64,000 bases of DNA from Octopus bimaculoides (lineage: Eukaryota), in the NCBI RefSeq assembly GCF_001194135.2, contig NC_068998.1, forward strand, positions 46,244,607 to 46,308,606, written 5' to 3'. The notes beneath the pieces were generated by a model. It was not told the origin of the DNA and did no database searches. It worked only from the letters and a program-made list of their open reading frames with translations. Both the position numbers and the translations under genes were made by a program. This document shows positions 14,276-27,910 of this stretch, one piece after another (within the stretch, counting starts at the first letter, position 1; each line of letters begins with the position of its first letter).

Positions 14276-15422
14276 TTAAAAAGATTCAGCGCAGCTTTAA
14301 GCATTGATAGGGTACCATTGATGCCAGCTCCCCAATGAGAGGATTACAAGACAAATTTTTAGCTAAGGGTAAGCCACTGAATCCAACCAGCATTCAACGA
14401 CCTGGAGCATTTGAGAGAGTACCCCACCCTGTAGTCTAGTGGTTGCTAAAAACACTAGGTGTAGCTCGATACCTCGTGTGATGTTGCAAGTAAAAATATA
14501 TAGATGTATAGTGATGCTGTCAGTAAGGTGAGGGTTGGCAGTGAGTTCATGAGGAACTTAGTGCTTAGTTCTCAGCCCACTTCTTGTTCCTTGTGGGCAG
14601 TAACTGCCACTCTAGGAATAGTGGAAAGATCCAGGAGCCTTGAAGAAAAGTGGGGCAATAAATGTAAAAACAACAAAATAATGGGTTAATTAATTAAAGT
14701 TTTATTTGTGAGATACAGTTGTTTTGAATTTGCTGTGTAAAATGGTCCACATTTGTGGTGGTGTGTGTGTGTGTTTGTGAAGGGGGCAGCACTAGGAATG
14801 TGGCCAAGTGTCAAGTGGGGCAGCAACATGGAAATGTTTGAGAACCACTGTGTTGGAGCATCATTGTTTTGGTTCTTTATGTTTAGTGTTCAAATCCTGC
14901 TGAGGTCAATTAACTCGTTTGTTCTCAGGTTGATGCAACCATACCGGTTCCAATTAATTAAATAAGTACAAGTTGGCTTCTGGCATCAAATTGACCATTT
15001 CCCTTACCTTATGGTTTTTTACAGACATTTTTTTTACCTTCCAGAACTTTAATCCCTCCTGTGTTAATTTTTTTAATTTTTGTTCACCCACGGGGAGTTA
15101 AATGAACGCTAAAAATAAGTACCAATCAAGTACAGTAGTTGATTAGGTCCACCTCCATTCCTGAGAAAGTGGAGCCTTGTGACTCATAGCAATCAGCATC
15201 ATCATCATTAGTAGTAGTTGTAGTAGTAGTAGTTGTAGTAGTAGTAATAGACTTAGTGTTATTAATAACTGAAGACAGAGTGAATAAAAAGCTAAGCAAA
15301 TTGTATTGATTCTAAACTAGAGGCATGTGTGTGTGTGTGTGTGTGTGTGCTGTCACCAACTGATAAAGGCTGTATCCTCAACTCTGTGTATGTGTCAGGC
15401 CATCCTGTGTGTATTTGTCATG

Positions 15423-15457
<35 letters not shown>

Positions 15458-16924
15458 NNNNNNNNNNNNNNNNNNNNNNNNNNNNNNNNNNNNNNNNNNN
15501 NNNNNNNNNNNNNNNNNNNNNNNNNNNNNNNNNNNNNNNNNNNNNNNNNNNNNNNNNNNNNNNNNNNNNNNNNNNNNNNNNNNNNNNNNNNNNNNNNNNN
15601 NNNNNNNNNNNNNNNNNNNNNNNNNNNNNNNNNNNNNNNNNNNNNNNNNNNNNNNNNNNNNNNNNNNNNNNNNNNNNNNNNNNNNNNNNNNNNNNNNNNN
15701 NNNNNNNTCATCATCATCATCATCTTCAACAATAATAGTAACACTTCAAAGAACAACAACGCGTATAATCACAAGATTTACGAGAAACAATTGTGGGTAG
15801 AACAGTGTGTGTGTGTGTGTGTGTATGGTGGGTAGAATAGGAGTTATGTATTCAGTGGCAAAGTGAAATCTAGCTCATGGGGGTGGGTGAGACAAATAAG
15901 TTACAGGGTTACAGAGAGGGGACAGAACTGAGGTAATTAATAAGATGGTGATAATGATGATGATGATGATTAGTAGTAGTAGTAGTAATATGGGGGCATG
16001 CATTGTAATGTGTTGCTGCATCAACCATTTGTTGGCGATCCCTCCATTTTATATCCCATTCAGCTGAGGAGCCTTGCGGTTACTGGTGCTGCTACCATGC
16101 AAAAAACATCAAGCACACACTTAAGTGGTTAACATTAAGAAGGGCAACCAGCTGTTGAAACCATACCAAAGCAGACATAGAATCTGGTACAGCCTTCTTG
16201 CTTGTCTGTGTCAAACTGTCCAACCCATGCCAGCATGGAAAAGGGGGATATTGAATCATGATGATTATGATATATATATACGATGGGCTTCTTTCAGTTT
16301 CTATCTACAAAATCCACTTGCAAGACTTTGGTCAATCCAGAACTATAGAAGAAGTCAAAACTGAACATTAGCCTCATTAATCTCACCAGAGGAAGAGAGA
16401 GAGGGCCAGAAAAGGCTATGAGTATGTACTGCCCTTGAAAATGGTGCCTAACTTTTGAGATGTAAGCTTTTCTAGCAATGTAGATGTGTTTACTGGATCA
16501 CCAGACTGTGCTTTGTCTAACAACAATGGTTAATTACTATTCTCAACTCACAAACACTGTACTCACCATGTTATATCTCTGGGTGAGCATTTTCAACCCT
16601 AGTTTGGAGGTCAACCCAAGCCTTTAAGTCAAACTAAGGAGACAGAAGTGTGTGGCAGCCCATAAATTGGACAGTACTAGTAGCACAAAGGTCCAGATTT
16701 ATCACAATGATTCTGCATGACTATTGGCTTAAGCATAGAAGTGACCAAGCAATACTCAACCATTTACACTATAAATCAAGATGAAGTGTACCTATAATTC
16801 AGAGAGCCCACACTGGGTCACACTGAGTCAAGCTGAGGTACACATGACTATGGAATACTCAGTTACTTACATTACAATAAAATCTATTTATTATAATTAT
16901 TAGAAATTGAAATTGAACTAAATT

Positions 16925-17380
16925 CGATGACTGGCCCCCATGCCAACGTCTCCTCCATTGGACACTAAACTCTGCTTGCGAAGACCTATTGGGGCAAGCG
17001 AAAGCGAAATCGTGATGGCACCACCTTTCGAGCGTGATCATTACCAGTGTCGTCTTCCTGGCACTTGTGCCAGTGACATGTGAAAAGTCATTCGAGTGAG
17101 ATCGTTGTCAGTGCCACTGAACTGGCTCCTGTGCAGGTAGCACGTAAAATACACCATTTTGAGCATGGCCGTTGCCAGTACCGCCTGACTGGCTTTTGTG
17201 CCAGTGGCACGTAAAAGCACCCACTACACTCTCAGAGTGGTAGGCATTAGGAAGGGCATCCAGCTGTAGAAACTCTGCCAAATCAGATTGGAGCCTGGTG
17301 CAGCCATCTGGATCACCAGTCCTCAGTCAAATCGTCCAACCCATGACAGCATGGAAAGCGGACGTTAAACGATGATGATT
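16925..17380 (+). mobile_element. SINE or LINE-tail repeat ending GCGGACGTTAAACGATGATGAT (RTE-like tail); truncated copy at 38981-39197 (-)
   Basis: Recurs in the window in both orientations and ends in an (ATG)n tail. Confidence 0.75.
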
Positions 17381-18148
17381 AGAAACTGAACAGGCAGAAA
17401 GAATTGTTAGCATGCCAGGCAAAATGCTTAGCAGCATTTCATCTGTCTTTACATTCAGAGTTCAAATGTCACTGGGGTCAACTTTACCCTTCATTCATTC
17501 AGAGTCACTGAAATAAGTACCAGTTGGGCACTGGAGTCAGTGTAATTGACAGGCACCCTCCCACAAATTTTCAGGCTTTGTGCCTAAAATAGAATTATAA
17601 TCATCATCGAGATGACAAACTGGAAAAATCATTAGATTGTGGGACCAAACTTTTGGCAGAATTTCTTATTACTCTTTATGTTCTGAGCTCAACTTTGTTG
17701 ATCATCCTTTTGGAATCAATGCAATAAGTACCAGTTGCATACTGGGTGGGGGTGGTTTATTGATGTAATCAACTAGTCCCCCCTCCCCGCAAAATTTAGG
17801 CCCCATGCCTATAGTGGAAAGGATTATTATCAATACTATTATTTAGACTCTTGGGATGGTTGGTGTTAGGAAGGGCATCCAGCTGTAGAAACCGTGTCAA
17901 ATAAGATTGGAACCTGGTACAGATCCCCAGCTTACCAGTTTTCAATCAAACTGTCCAACCCATGCCAGACAAAATGCTTAGCAGCATTTTGTCCGTCTTT
18001 ACATTCTGAATTCAAATCCTGCTGAGGTTGACTTTGCCTTTCATCCTTTTGGGGTCGACAAACTAAGTACCAGTTGCGTACTGAGGTCAATGTAATCGAC
18101 TATACTCCTCCTTCAAATTTCAGGCCTTGTGTCTATTGCAGAAAGGAC

Positions 18149-18182
<34 letters not shown>

Positions 18183-18183
<1 letters not shown>

Positions 18184-18540
18184 TTACCTCCACTGCTAAG
18201 GCAGTGGTATTGCTTTCAGTCGCATTTGTTTGTTTGTCCCTGAAGATATCTCAAGAACCGCTGGATGGATTTGAATGAAACTTTCAGGCATGTTTGGCCT
18301 TGTGCCTGGCATGAATTGATTAGATTTTGGGATCGATCAGGTACCGGACAAGGATTCTGGATTATTTTTCCTGTTTTTTAACTTAAGTTTTGAGAGCGAT
18401 CGGGTTCATTTCTAGTATTCTCGTTTGTGAGAGCAGTCGAGTTTATTTCAGATATTCTCATTTTAAAAATCATCTCTGGCTAATCGTTGAGAGGGTGTTG
18501 GTGTTGCCTTGGCAGAGGTTTTATGCACTCTGAGTGCTCT
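18183..18540 (+). mobile_element. Helentron-associated non-autonomous element (HINE/DINE-1-like architecture)
   Basis: Subterminal IR ACCTCCACTGCTAAGG versus CCTTGGCAGAGGT, 5' hairpin CCACTGC-TAAG-GCAGTGG, short (TTTG)n, 3' hairpin GCACTC-T-GAGTGC, sitting in a (TAT)n tract. Confidence 0.65.
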
Positions 18541-20233
18541 TATTATTATTATTATTATAAGGGTGGTGGATTGGCAAAATCGTTAGAGCATCAGACAAAA
18601 CATTTTGTAAAGTAAGGTTCTTACTACACAGCTCAGCTGACTAGTACTTATTTTTATTGACCAGGAAGGGATGAAAGGCAAAGCTGACGGTGGTGGAATT
18701 TGAACTTAGAATATAGAGAGCTGGAAGAAATGCCACTAAGCATTTTGTCCAACGTGTTAACAGTTCTGCCAGCTTGATACTTTTGTCTACTTTATGATTA
18801 CTCCCAACAGCAATAAATAGTACTCCCTTAGAAAATATCCCTCCCCTTTTATTCCAGCCCTTTCTGAAGCTCCTACTTTAGTGAGCCAGTTAAGGAGACA
18901 GAGAGAGACTTTACATGATCACTTGCAGTCCTAGAGAGAACAGTCAAATCTTCAATTCACACCCTACTGTGAATTAAAAAAAGTGGGATGGTCCAAATTA
19001 TTGCTATTGAAGAGTGGTTGTTATTGAGTTCTAGGGCTAAAACATCAACCATCACTCTTCAATAATAATAATAATAATGATCTCAGAAGCTAATGAAGGA
19101 GCCTCAATGCAGATATTCAACCTCTTTACTCTTTTACTTGTTTCAGTCATTTGACTGTAGCCATGCTGGAGCACCGCCTTTAGTCGAGCAAATCAACCTC
19201 AGGACTTATTCTTTGGATACCTAGTACTTATTCTATTGGTCTCTTTTGCCAAACCGCTAAATTACGGGGACATAAATACACCAGCATCGGTTGTCAAGCG
19301 ATGTTGGGGGGGACAAACACAGACACACAAACATATACACACACATACATATATACGACGGGCTTCTTTCAGTTTCCGTCTACCAAATCCACTCACAAGG
19401 CTTTGGTCAGCCCAAGGTGCCATGCAGTGGGAATGAACCCGGAACCGTGTGGTTGGTAAGCAAGCTACTTACCACACAGCAACTCCTGCGCCTGTGTAGA
19501 AATAATAGCCACCTAGTAGNNNNNNNNNNNNNNNNNNNNNNNNNNNNNNNNNNNNNNNNNNNNNNNNNNNNNNNNNNNNNNNNNNNNNNNNNNNNNNNNN
19601 NNNNNNNNNNNNNNNNNNNNNNNNNNNNNNNNNNNNNNNNNNNNNNNNNNNNNNNNNNNNNNNNNNNNNNNNNNNNNNNNNNNNNNNNNNNNNNNNNNNN
19701 NNNNNNNNNNNNNNNNNNNNNNNNNNNNNNNNNNNNNNNNNNNNNNNNNNNNNNNNNNNNNNNNNNNNNNNNNNNNNNNNNNNNNNNNNNNNNNNNNNNN
19801 NNNNNNNNNNNNNNNNNNNNNNNNNNNNNNNNNNNNNNNNNNNNNNNNNNNNNNNNNNNNNNNNNNNNNNNNNNNNNNNNNNNNNNNNNNNNNNNNNNNN
19901 NNNNNNNNNNNNNNNNNNNNNNNNNNNNNNNNNNNNNNNNNNNNNNNNNNNNNNNNNNNNNNNNNNNNNNNNNNNNNNNNNNNNNNNNNNNNNNNNNNNN
20001 NNNNNNNNNNNNNNNNNNNNNNNNNNNNNNNNNNNNNNNNNNNNNNNNNNNNNNNNNNNNNNNNNNNNNNNNNNNNNNNNNNNNNNNNNNNNNNNNNNNN
20101 NNNNNNNNNNNNNNNNNNNNNNNNNNNNNNNNNNNNNNNNNNNNNNNNNNNNNNNNNNNNNNNNNNNNNNNNNNNNNNNNNNNNNNNNNNNNNNNNNNNN
20201 NNNNNNNNNNNNNNNNNNNNNNNNNNNNNNNNN

Positions 20234-20268
<35 letters not shown>

Positions 20269-21011
20269 ACCCTAGTACGTAACTAAGGGACTTTATTTTA
20301 TCGATCCCCCGAAACAATGAAAGGTTAAGTCGACCTCGGCGGCATTTGAACACAGAACAAAGAGTCGGAACCAATACTGCAAAGCATTTTCACCGATACT
20401 CTAATGATTCTGCTAATCCACACATTTCCAAAGTCCTCATGGTTACAAAGAAGGATTTAAGTGGGAGTGTGGTTCTACTTGGCCAACGCCACAGCAAAGG
20501 AAGTCTGGATTCTTCTATAGAGACCCACCCACCGAAATGAAATCAACTTCGGTTGGAATTTCTCGTTAGAATGTAGAACGATATCACTAAATGTTGTGAT
20601 TTAACACGGTCTTCTATTTCTCAAACACCAATGGCCTAACAACAAGTAACTAACACTGGACAACAGCCAATAAGATAACTTCAACGTGGTTGCTCAACCT
20701 GTCAGGAATAACCGCCAAATCTCCCTCGCCTCACATCTTCCAAACATCTTTAAAAATGGGAACGACACATTATATAATGTAGTACTAGATAATTTGCATC
20801 CTGTAGATAAATAGTTACAACTTTCATCGTAGATTTTGCTCGAACGGGAGAGAGTTGGAGCTAAACACCTGTTATGATACAAAGCTACAAAAAGTAGGAA
20901 ATACGATGGGGAAGCGAAGGGTATATCCCATGGAGTAGTCGTTAGTACACATGTTTGGAAAATATTTCCGTACTGACCCAGGAAGAAGGAAAAGAAAATA
21001 TGGTTTCTCTA

Positions 21012-21740
<729 letters not shown>

Positions 21741-24137
21741 TTATTGTATAGTTCACCTATAGATGTTATATAGATAATATATATATATAAATACAGAGGG
21801 AGGCGGACAACAAAGGAGGTAGGAATGAAATTGAAGTATTGAAGGAAGAGAAAGGAAAAGCAACTTAGAAATCGAAAGTTTTTTGTCAGACACGCATTTA
21901 TATACATAAACATATATAATATATATGTTTATTTATAGATGTTTTATGTATGAATGTATGTATACACTCGCACACAGACACACCTTACTTCGCGAGAGTT
22001 CAAAAGCTCAAATAAACGAACAAAAACTTACTGAAAATTCCGGTTAATATACTGGGATGTTTTTTGTTAAGTTTGTACAAGTTATAAACACATATGTATA
22101 AGTATTTATAGCTCAACACGGATAATATAGAGATAGGTAGATGTTGCGTCTATGTGTTTTTTTTTTGTATAAATATACATGTGTATAGATACGACAGTGT
22201 ATATATGTATATTGTGTACGTGTATGTATGTTAGACGTGTTTTAACTAAACTACTTTGTGTCGTGCAGTTAATGAAACAGCAATGATGGCAAGTAGAAGT
22301 TAATACAAATTAATAATTAGAAATATTAAAGAACCAAACAAAAAAAAAGAAAAGAAAATGACAACACCAATAAGAAGGAACAAATAATAATCAGTTAAGG
22401 TTTTTTGGCCGTGAATGCCCAATAAACAAGAAATAGGAGGGAGTAAATCTAGACTACAGGTGGTATGCTACATGTGTCTATATATATATATAAGGGAGTG
22501 TTAAACTTTGTGAAACTGATGTGTGTGGATGATGTAGTGTTGAGCAGCACACCACACACAAACATATATAAATATATGTGTGTGTGTGTGAGAGAGAAAA
22601 CACGCAGAGGGTAGATATAAACGTGTATATCTCTATATGTATATAAACACACACACACGCGCGCGGAAGACAGAATAGAAGATATAATCAACCAGGTGAT
22701 CTCACCCCAATAAAAAAAAACCACACAAGCAGAGCTACCCAATTATTCTCTACTCGTTATATACGCATCCAGTTATTACTGGAATTACCCGCCCTTGATC
22801 TCTCTCGCTCCTCCTATCTTTCTTTTTTTCTTTCTCCAATCTTACTGACTTCAGCATTTAAAAGTCTTTTTATTTACATTATCTTACTTTTGTTGTTGCT
22901 TAATTCCTAATCGACCCAGACCAAGCAGTAAATTCATGATCTAAAACGCTCCAGCTGTGACTATTCCGCTTTATTTTTCTCTATGTATCTCGTTCCCCAG
23001 ATACATTTTTATAAACTTTCCTTCCAATTTTTTGACGAGAGTTGACTGCTATTTCTAGCACGCTATTGTTGTTTCTGTTTAATTCTCAGGTAATCACCAA
23101 TCCAGTTGTCCCATGACCAAAGCATTTCAACTATGACTATTTTGTCTTATCATTCAGGCATAGGTGTATCTAGGACTACATTATATGAATGTTTTCTTCT
23201 TGTTAGTGTTATTTAACCACCCAAACTTCCCTGATCCAGCAGAAAAACTATGGCCTGCCATCCCGTGTTTTTATTCGGACAGTTGTATCTAACTGCACAT
23301 CATATAAGGCATATAACGTGTTATATATATATATATATNNNNNNNNNNNNNNNNNNNNNNNNNNNNNNNNNNNNNNNNNNNNNNNNNNNNNNNNNNNNNN
23401 NNNNNNNNNNNNNNNNNNNNNNNNNNNNNNNNNNNNNNNNNNNNNNNNNNNNNNNNNNNNNNNNNNNNNNNNNNNNNNNNNNNNNNNNNNNNNNNNNNNN
23501 NNNNNNNNNNNNNNNNNNNNNNNNNNNNNNNNNNNNNNNNNNNNNNNNNNNNNNNNNNNNNNNNNNNNNNNNNNNNNNNNNNNNNNNNNNNNNNNNNNNN
23601 NNNNNNNNNNNNNNNNNNNNNNNNNNNNNNNNNNNNNNNNNNNNNNNNNNNNNNNNNNNNNNNNNNNNNNNNNNNNNNNNNNNNNNNNNNNNNNNNNNNN
23701 NNNNNNNNNNNNNNNNNNNNNNNNNNNNNNNNNNNNNNNNNNNNNNNNNNNNNNNNNNNNNNNNNNNNNNNNNNNNNNNNNNNNNNNNNNNNNNNNNNNN
23801 NNNNNNNNNNNNNNNNNNNNNNNNNNNNNNNNNNNNNNNNNNNNNNNNNNNNNNNNNNNNNNNNNNNNNNNNNNNNNNNNNNNNNNNNNNNNNNNNNNNN
23901 NNNNNNNNNNNNNNNNNNNNNNNNNNNNNNNNNNNNNNNNNNNNNNNNNNNNNNNNNNNNNNNNNNNNNNNNNNNNNNNNNNNNNNNNNNNNNNNNNNNN
24001 NNNNNNNNNNNNNNNNNNNNNNNNNNNNNNNNNNNNNNNNNNNNNNNNNNNNNNNNNNNNNNNNNNNNNNNNNNACGAAATACCGCTAAGCATTTCGCCC
24101 GGCGTGCTAACGTTTCTGCCAGCTCGCCGCTTTGTAT

Positions 24138-24541
24138 CTCTTTTACTCTTTTACTTGTTTCAGTCATTTGACTGCGGCCATCCTGGAGCATAGACATTTA
24201 GTCGAGCAAATCGGCCCCGGGACTTATTCTTTGTAAGCCTAGTACTTATTCTATCGGTCTCTTTTTGCCGAACCGCTAAGTGACGGTGACATAAACACAC
24301 CAGCATCGGTTGTCAAGCAATGCTAGGGGGACAAACACAGACACACAAACACATACACACACATACATATACACACATATATACGACGGGCTTCTTTCAG
24401 TTTCCGTCTACCAAATCCACTCACAAGACTTTGGTCGGCCTGAGGCTATAGTAGAAGACACTTGCCCAAGATGCCACGCAGTGGGACTGAACCCGGAACT
24501 ATGTGGCTGGTAAGCAAGCTTCTTACCACACAGCCACTCCT
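24138..24541 (-). mobile_element. tRNA-derived SINE family A (head AGGAGTGGCTGTGTGG, tail (TAAAAGAG)n), near full length
   Basis: A/B-box-like head and internal CA/TA microsatellite. Other full or partial copies at about 2925-3120, 5270-5435, 11590-11800, 19122-19490, 26490-26645, 28480-28810, 30170-30365, 40413-40765, 54420-54580, 58020-58250 and 60525-60965. Confidence 0.9.
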
Positions 24542-25074
24542 ATGTATATATATTTGTTAAAGAGAACAACAAATGCTCACAGCTGTTTCTGGGATATCCC
24601 AAAATATGGGATACGGTGTCACTGGAGACAAATAGGGAAAATGTGAAGGGTGTAGATTAAGGAAACGATGAAATAAAGGTCCGGAGGAAAAAAATAAAGA
24701 AATGAAGAAAAAAGGAAAAAAAGAAAGAAAAAAGAGGCATAAAAGGGAGCAGTTCATCTTTCCGATTGTGTAAACGCTAGTCCACAAGTCTTTAGGTACA
24801 ATCCTATGTAAACCCAGATATGATCATAGCCTTCATAGCGTAAATATCCATAGATAAACGCGACCATATCGATGGTTCATAAGGGAGTGAAAGCAGATGT
24901 GACTATTGAGGGATAAAGAGAAAGAAAAATAAATAGAAAGAGAGAAAGGTATTGGTAGGGAAGCTGGAGGTACAGGGAGAGGAGGAGGCATGCAAAGACT
25001 GGTATGAAGGATAAAATAAGGAATATAAAAATAATGTATAAAAATAAACAAGAAGATAAATAAATAAATATTTC

Positions 25075-25205
25075 GGATCTTTTTTAAAACGGGGGCCACA
25101 TTTTTCATTAATGTTTTACGTAGTGTTTTTGGTACCGAAAGACTTTCAAACTTCGTATACTTATCTATTTTGTGAAAAATGTGGCCCCCGTTTTAAAAAA
25201 GATCC
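25075..25205. mobile_element. 131-bp deleted copy of the GGATC-terminus MITE
   Basis: TIRs GGATCTTTTTTAAAACGGGGGCCACATTTTTCA at both ends, flanked by 8-bp direct repeat AATATTTC. Confidence 0.9.
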
Positions 25206-25281
25206 AATATTTCTATTACAACACTTACCCACTGTACATAGTTGTTTAGATTACCTGTGAACTAAACCCCCATATTATATA

Positions 25282-26486
25282 CAGGGTTGGCAACTAAGTT
25301 CCTGCCGTTTTCTTAAGTTTTGGAATTTATTGCATTTTAAAATTTTGGAATCTATTTTTTTTNNNNNNNNNNNNNNNNNNNNNNNNNNNNNNNNNNNNNN
25401 NNNNNNNNNNNNNNNNNNNNNNNNNNNNNNNNNNNNNNNNNNNNNNNNNNNNNNNNNNNNNNNNNNNNNNNNNNNNNNNNNNNNNNNNNNNNNNNNNNNN
25501 NNNNNNNNNNNNNNNNNNNNNNNNNNNNNNNNNNNNNNNNNNNNNNNNNNNNNNNNNNNNNNNNNNNNNNNNNNNNNNNNNNNNNNNNNNNNNNNNNNNN
25601 NNNNNNNNNNNNNNNNNNNNNNNNNNNNNNNNNNNNNNNNNNNNNNNNNNNNNNNNNNNNNNNNNNNNNNNNNNNNNNNNNNNNNNNNNNNNNNNNNNNN
25701 NNNNNNNNNNNNNNNNNNNNNNNNNNNNNNNNNNNNNNNNNNNNNNNNNNNNNNNNNNNNNNNNNNNNNNNNNNNNNNNNNNNNNNNNNNNNNNNNNNNN
25801 NNNNNNNNNNNNNNNNNNNNNNNNNNNNNNNNNNNNNNNNNNNNNNNNNNNNNNNNNNNNNNNNNNNNNNNNNNNNNNNNNNNNNNNNNNNNNNNNNNNN
25901 NNNNNNNNNNNNNNNNNNNNNNNNNNNNNNNNNNNNNNNNNNNNNNNNNNNNNNNNNNNNNNNNNNNNNNNNNNNNNNNNNNNNNNNNNNNNNNNNNNNN
26001 NNNNNNNNNNNNNNNNNNNNNNNNNNNNNNNNNNNGTTCAACAGATGGAACGACTCAACACAGCTATTCAAGATAAAAGACCTAATTGGCAGCATGGAAT
26101 TCTTCTGCTGCACGAAAACGCCTGCCCTCATATCGCCAATATGACCAAGGAAGCCATTCAAACGCATGGCTGGGAAGTGCTGCCACACTCGCCGTACTCT
26201 CCTGATTTGGCACCAACAAATTTCCACCTCTTTCGATCTCTTTCAAATGCTATGTGCGGAGTTTCATTCAATACTGATGCAGAATTGAGAGCTTGGATGG
26301 ATCAATTTTTCGAGTCGAAATCGGGTGATTTCTACCAACGAGGTATTGAAAATCTTGTTGAACGTTGGGAAGAAGTTGTAAACAACAAGGGTGAATACAT
26401 TATTGATTAATTATTTGTTATTTTTTATTTAACTTTTTTAAAAATTTAAATCTTAAAAAATGGCGAGAACTTAGTTGCCAACCCAA
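25282..26486 (+). mobile_element. Full-span mariner element (about 1.2 kb, centre in N gap), catalytically degenerate
   Basis: TA|CAGGGTTGGCAACTAAGTTC...GAACTTAGTTGCCAACCCAA|TA. C-terminal ORF LLLHENACPH...YSPDLAPTNFHLF. Confidence 0.92.
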
Positions 26487-26644
26487 TAGGCACAGAAGTG
26501 GATGTGTGGTAAGTAGCTTCCTTACCAACCACATTTTTCTGGGTTCAGTCCCACTGCGTGGCACCTTGGGCAAGTGGCTTCTACTATAGCCTCGGGCCGA
26601 CCACAGCCCTGTGAGTGGATTTGGTAGACGGAAGCTGAAAGAAT

Positions 26645-27017
26645 CCCAATTATTCAGGCGGAGGTGGGGTGAAATGGAGAATGGTAGAGATGGTGACGTT
26701 GGGGGAAATCGTGTTGAGGGTATGGGTAGAGGGCAGAGTACCACGTTGTTTTAAATGTGGCCAAAAGGGTCACATTAGAGCATATTGCCCTCTACAAAGG
26801 ACCATGGGTGAGGAAACAGTTGTGGAGATGGAAGAGAAAAGAGAGGAAGAAAAGACAAATGGAAGAAGAATGGAAAGTTACAGAGAGCAGAAGGAGAAAG
26901 AGAGGAAAAACACTGAGTATGATGTGGTACCCCAGTCCAACTCCATCCCACCCAAGACCACTCAGACCCACCCTCCCCATACAGACACCAAACCCACCCA
27001 CCACATTTCCCCACAAG
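26645..27017 (+). mobile_element. Retroelement gag/ORF1-like fragment with CCHC zinc knuckle
   Basis: VWVEGRVPRCFKCGQKGHIRAYCP (CX2CX4HX4C), followed by a low-complexity E/K-rich segment; runs into a gap. Confidence 0.75.
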
Positions 27018-27494
27018 NNNNNNNNNNNNNNNNNNNNNNNNNNNNNNNNNNNNNNNNNNNNNNNNNNNNNNNNNNNNNNNNNNNNNNNNNNNNNNNNNNN
27101 NNNNNNNNNNNNNNNNNNNNNNNNNNNNNNNNNNNNNNNNNNNNNNNNNNNNNNNNNNNNNNNNNNNNNNNNNNNNNNNNNNNNNNNNNNNNNNNNNNNN
27201 NNNNNNNNNNNNNNNNNNNNNNNNNNNNNNNNNNNNNNNNNNNNNNNNNNNNNNNNNNNNNNNNNNNNNNNNNNNNNNNNNNNNNNNNNNNNNNNNNNNN
27301 NNNNNNNNNNNNNNNNNNNNNNNNNNNNNNNNNNNNNNNNNNNNNNNNNNNNNNNNNNNNNNNNNNNNNNNNNNNNNNNNNNNNNNNNNNNNNNNNNNNN
27401 NNNNNNNNNNNNNNNNNNNNNNNNNNNNNNNNNNNNNNNNNNNNNNNNNNNNNNNNNNNNNNNNNNNNNNNNNNNNNNNNNNNNNNNNNNNNNN

Positions 27495-27539
<45 letters not shown>

Positions 27540-27835
27540 AACATACATACATACATATAGATATATTTGGGGAAATGTTTTATTGAAACAAATTCCTCGT
27601 AAATTAGTATATATTATTATGGATTTCTATAAGAATGTTTTCCTCCTGGTATATAAACCAACGTGTTACACATTAAAATACGAAATTCTGGAGAACGAAG
27701 AGAATCTAAATGTAAATATTCCTATTTGTGTCATGTTGTGGTTGGTTACATCACTTCCGGTCCTCCATTTATGACCCGGCATTCAGGCGTTGTCTCTACT
27801 GTACACCACATACATATATTAAGCTTTAATTCACA

Positions 27836-27874
<39 letters not shown>

Positions 27875-27877
27875 GTG

Positions 27878-27910
<33 letters not shown>

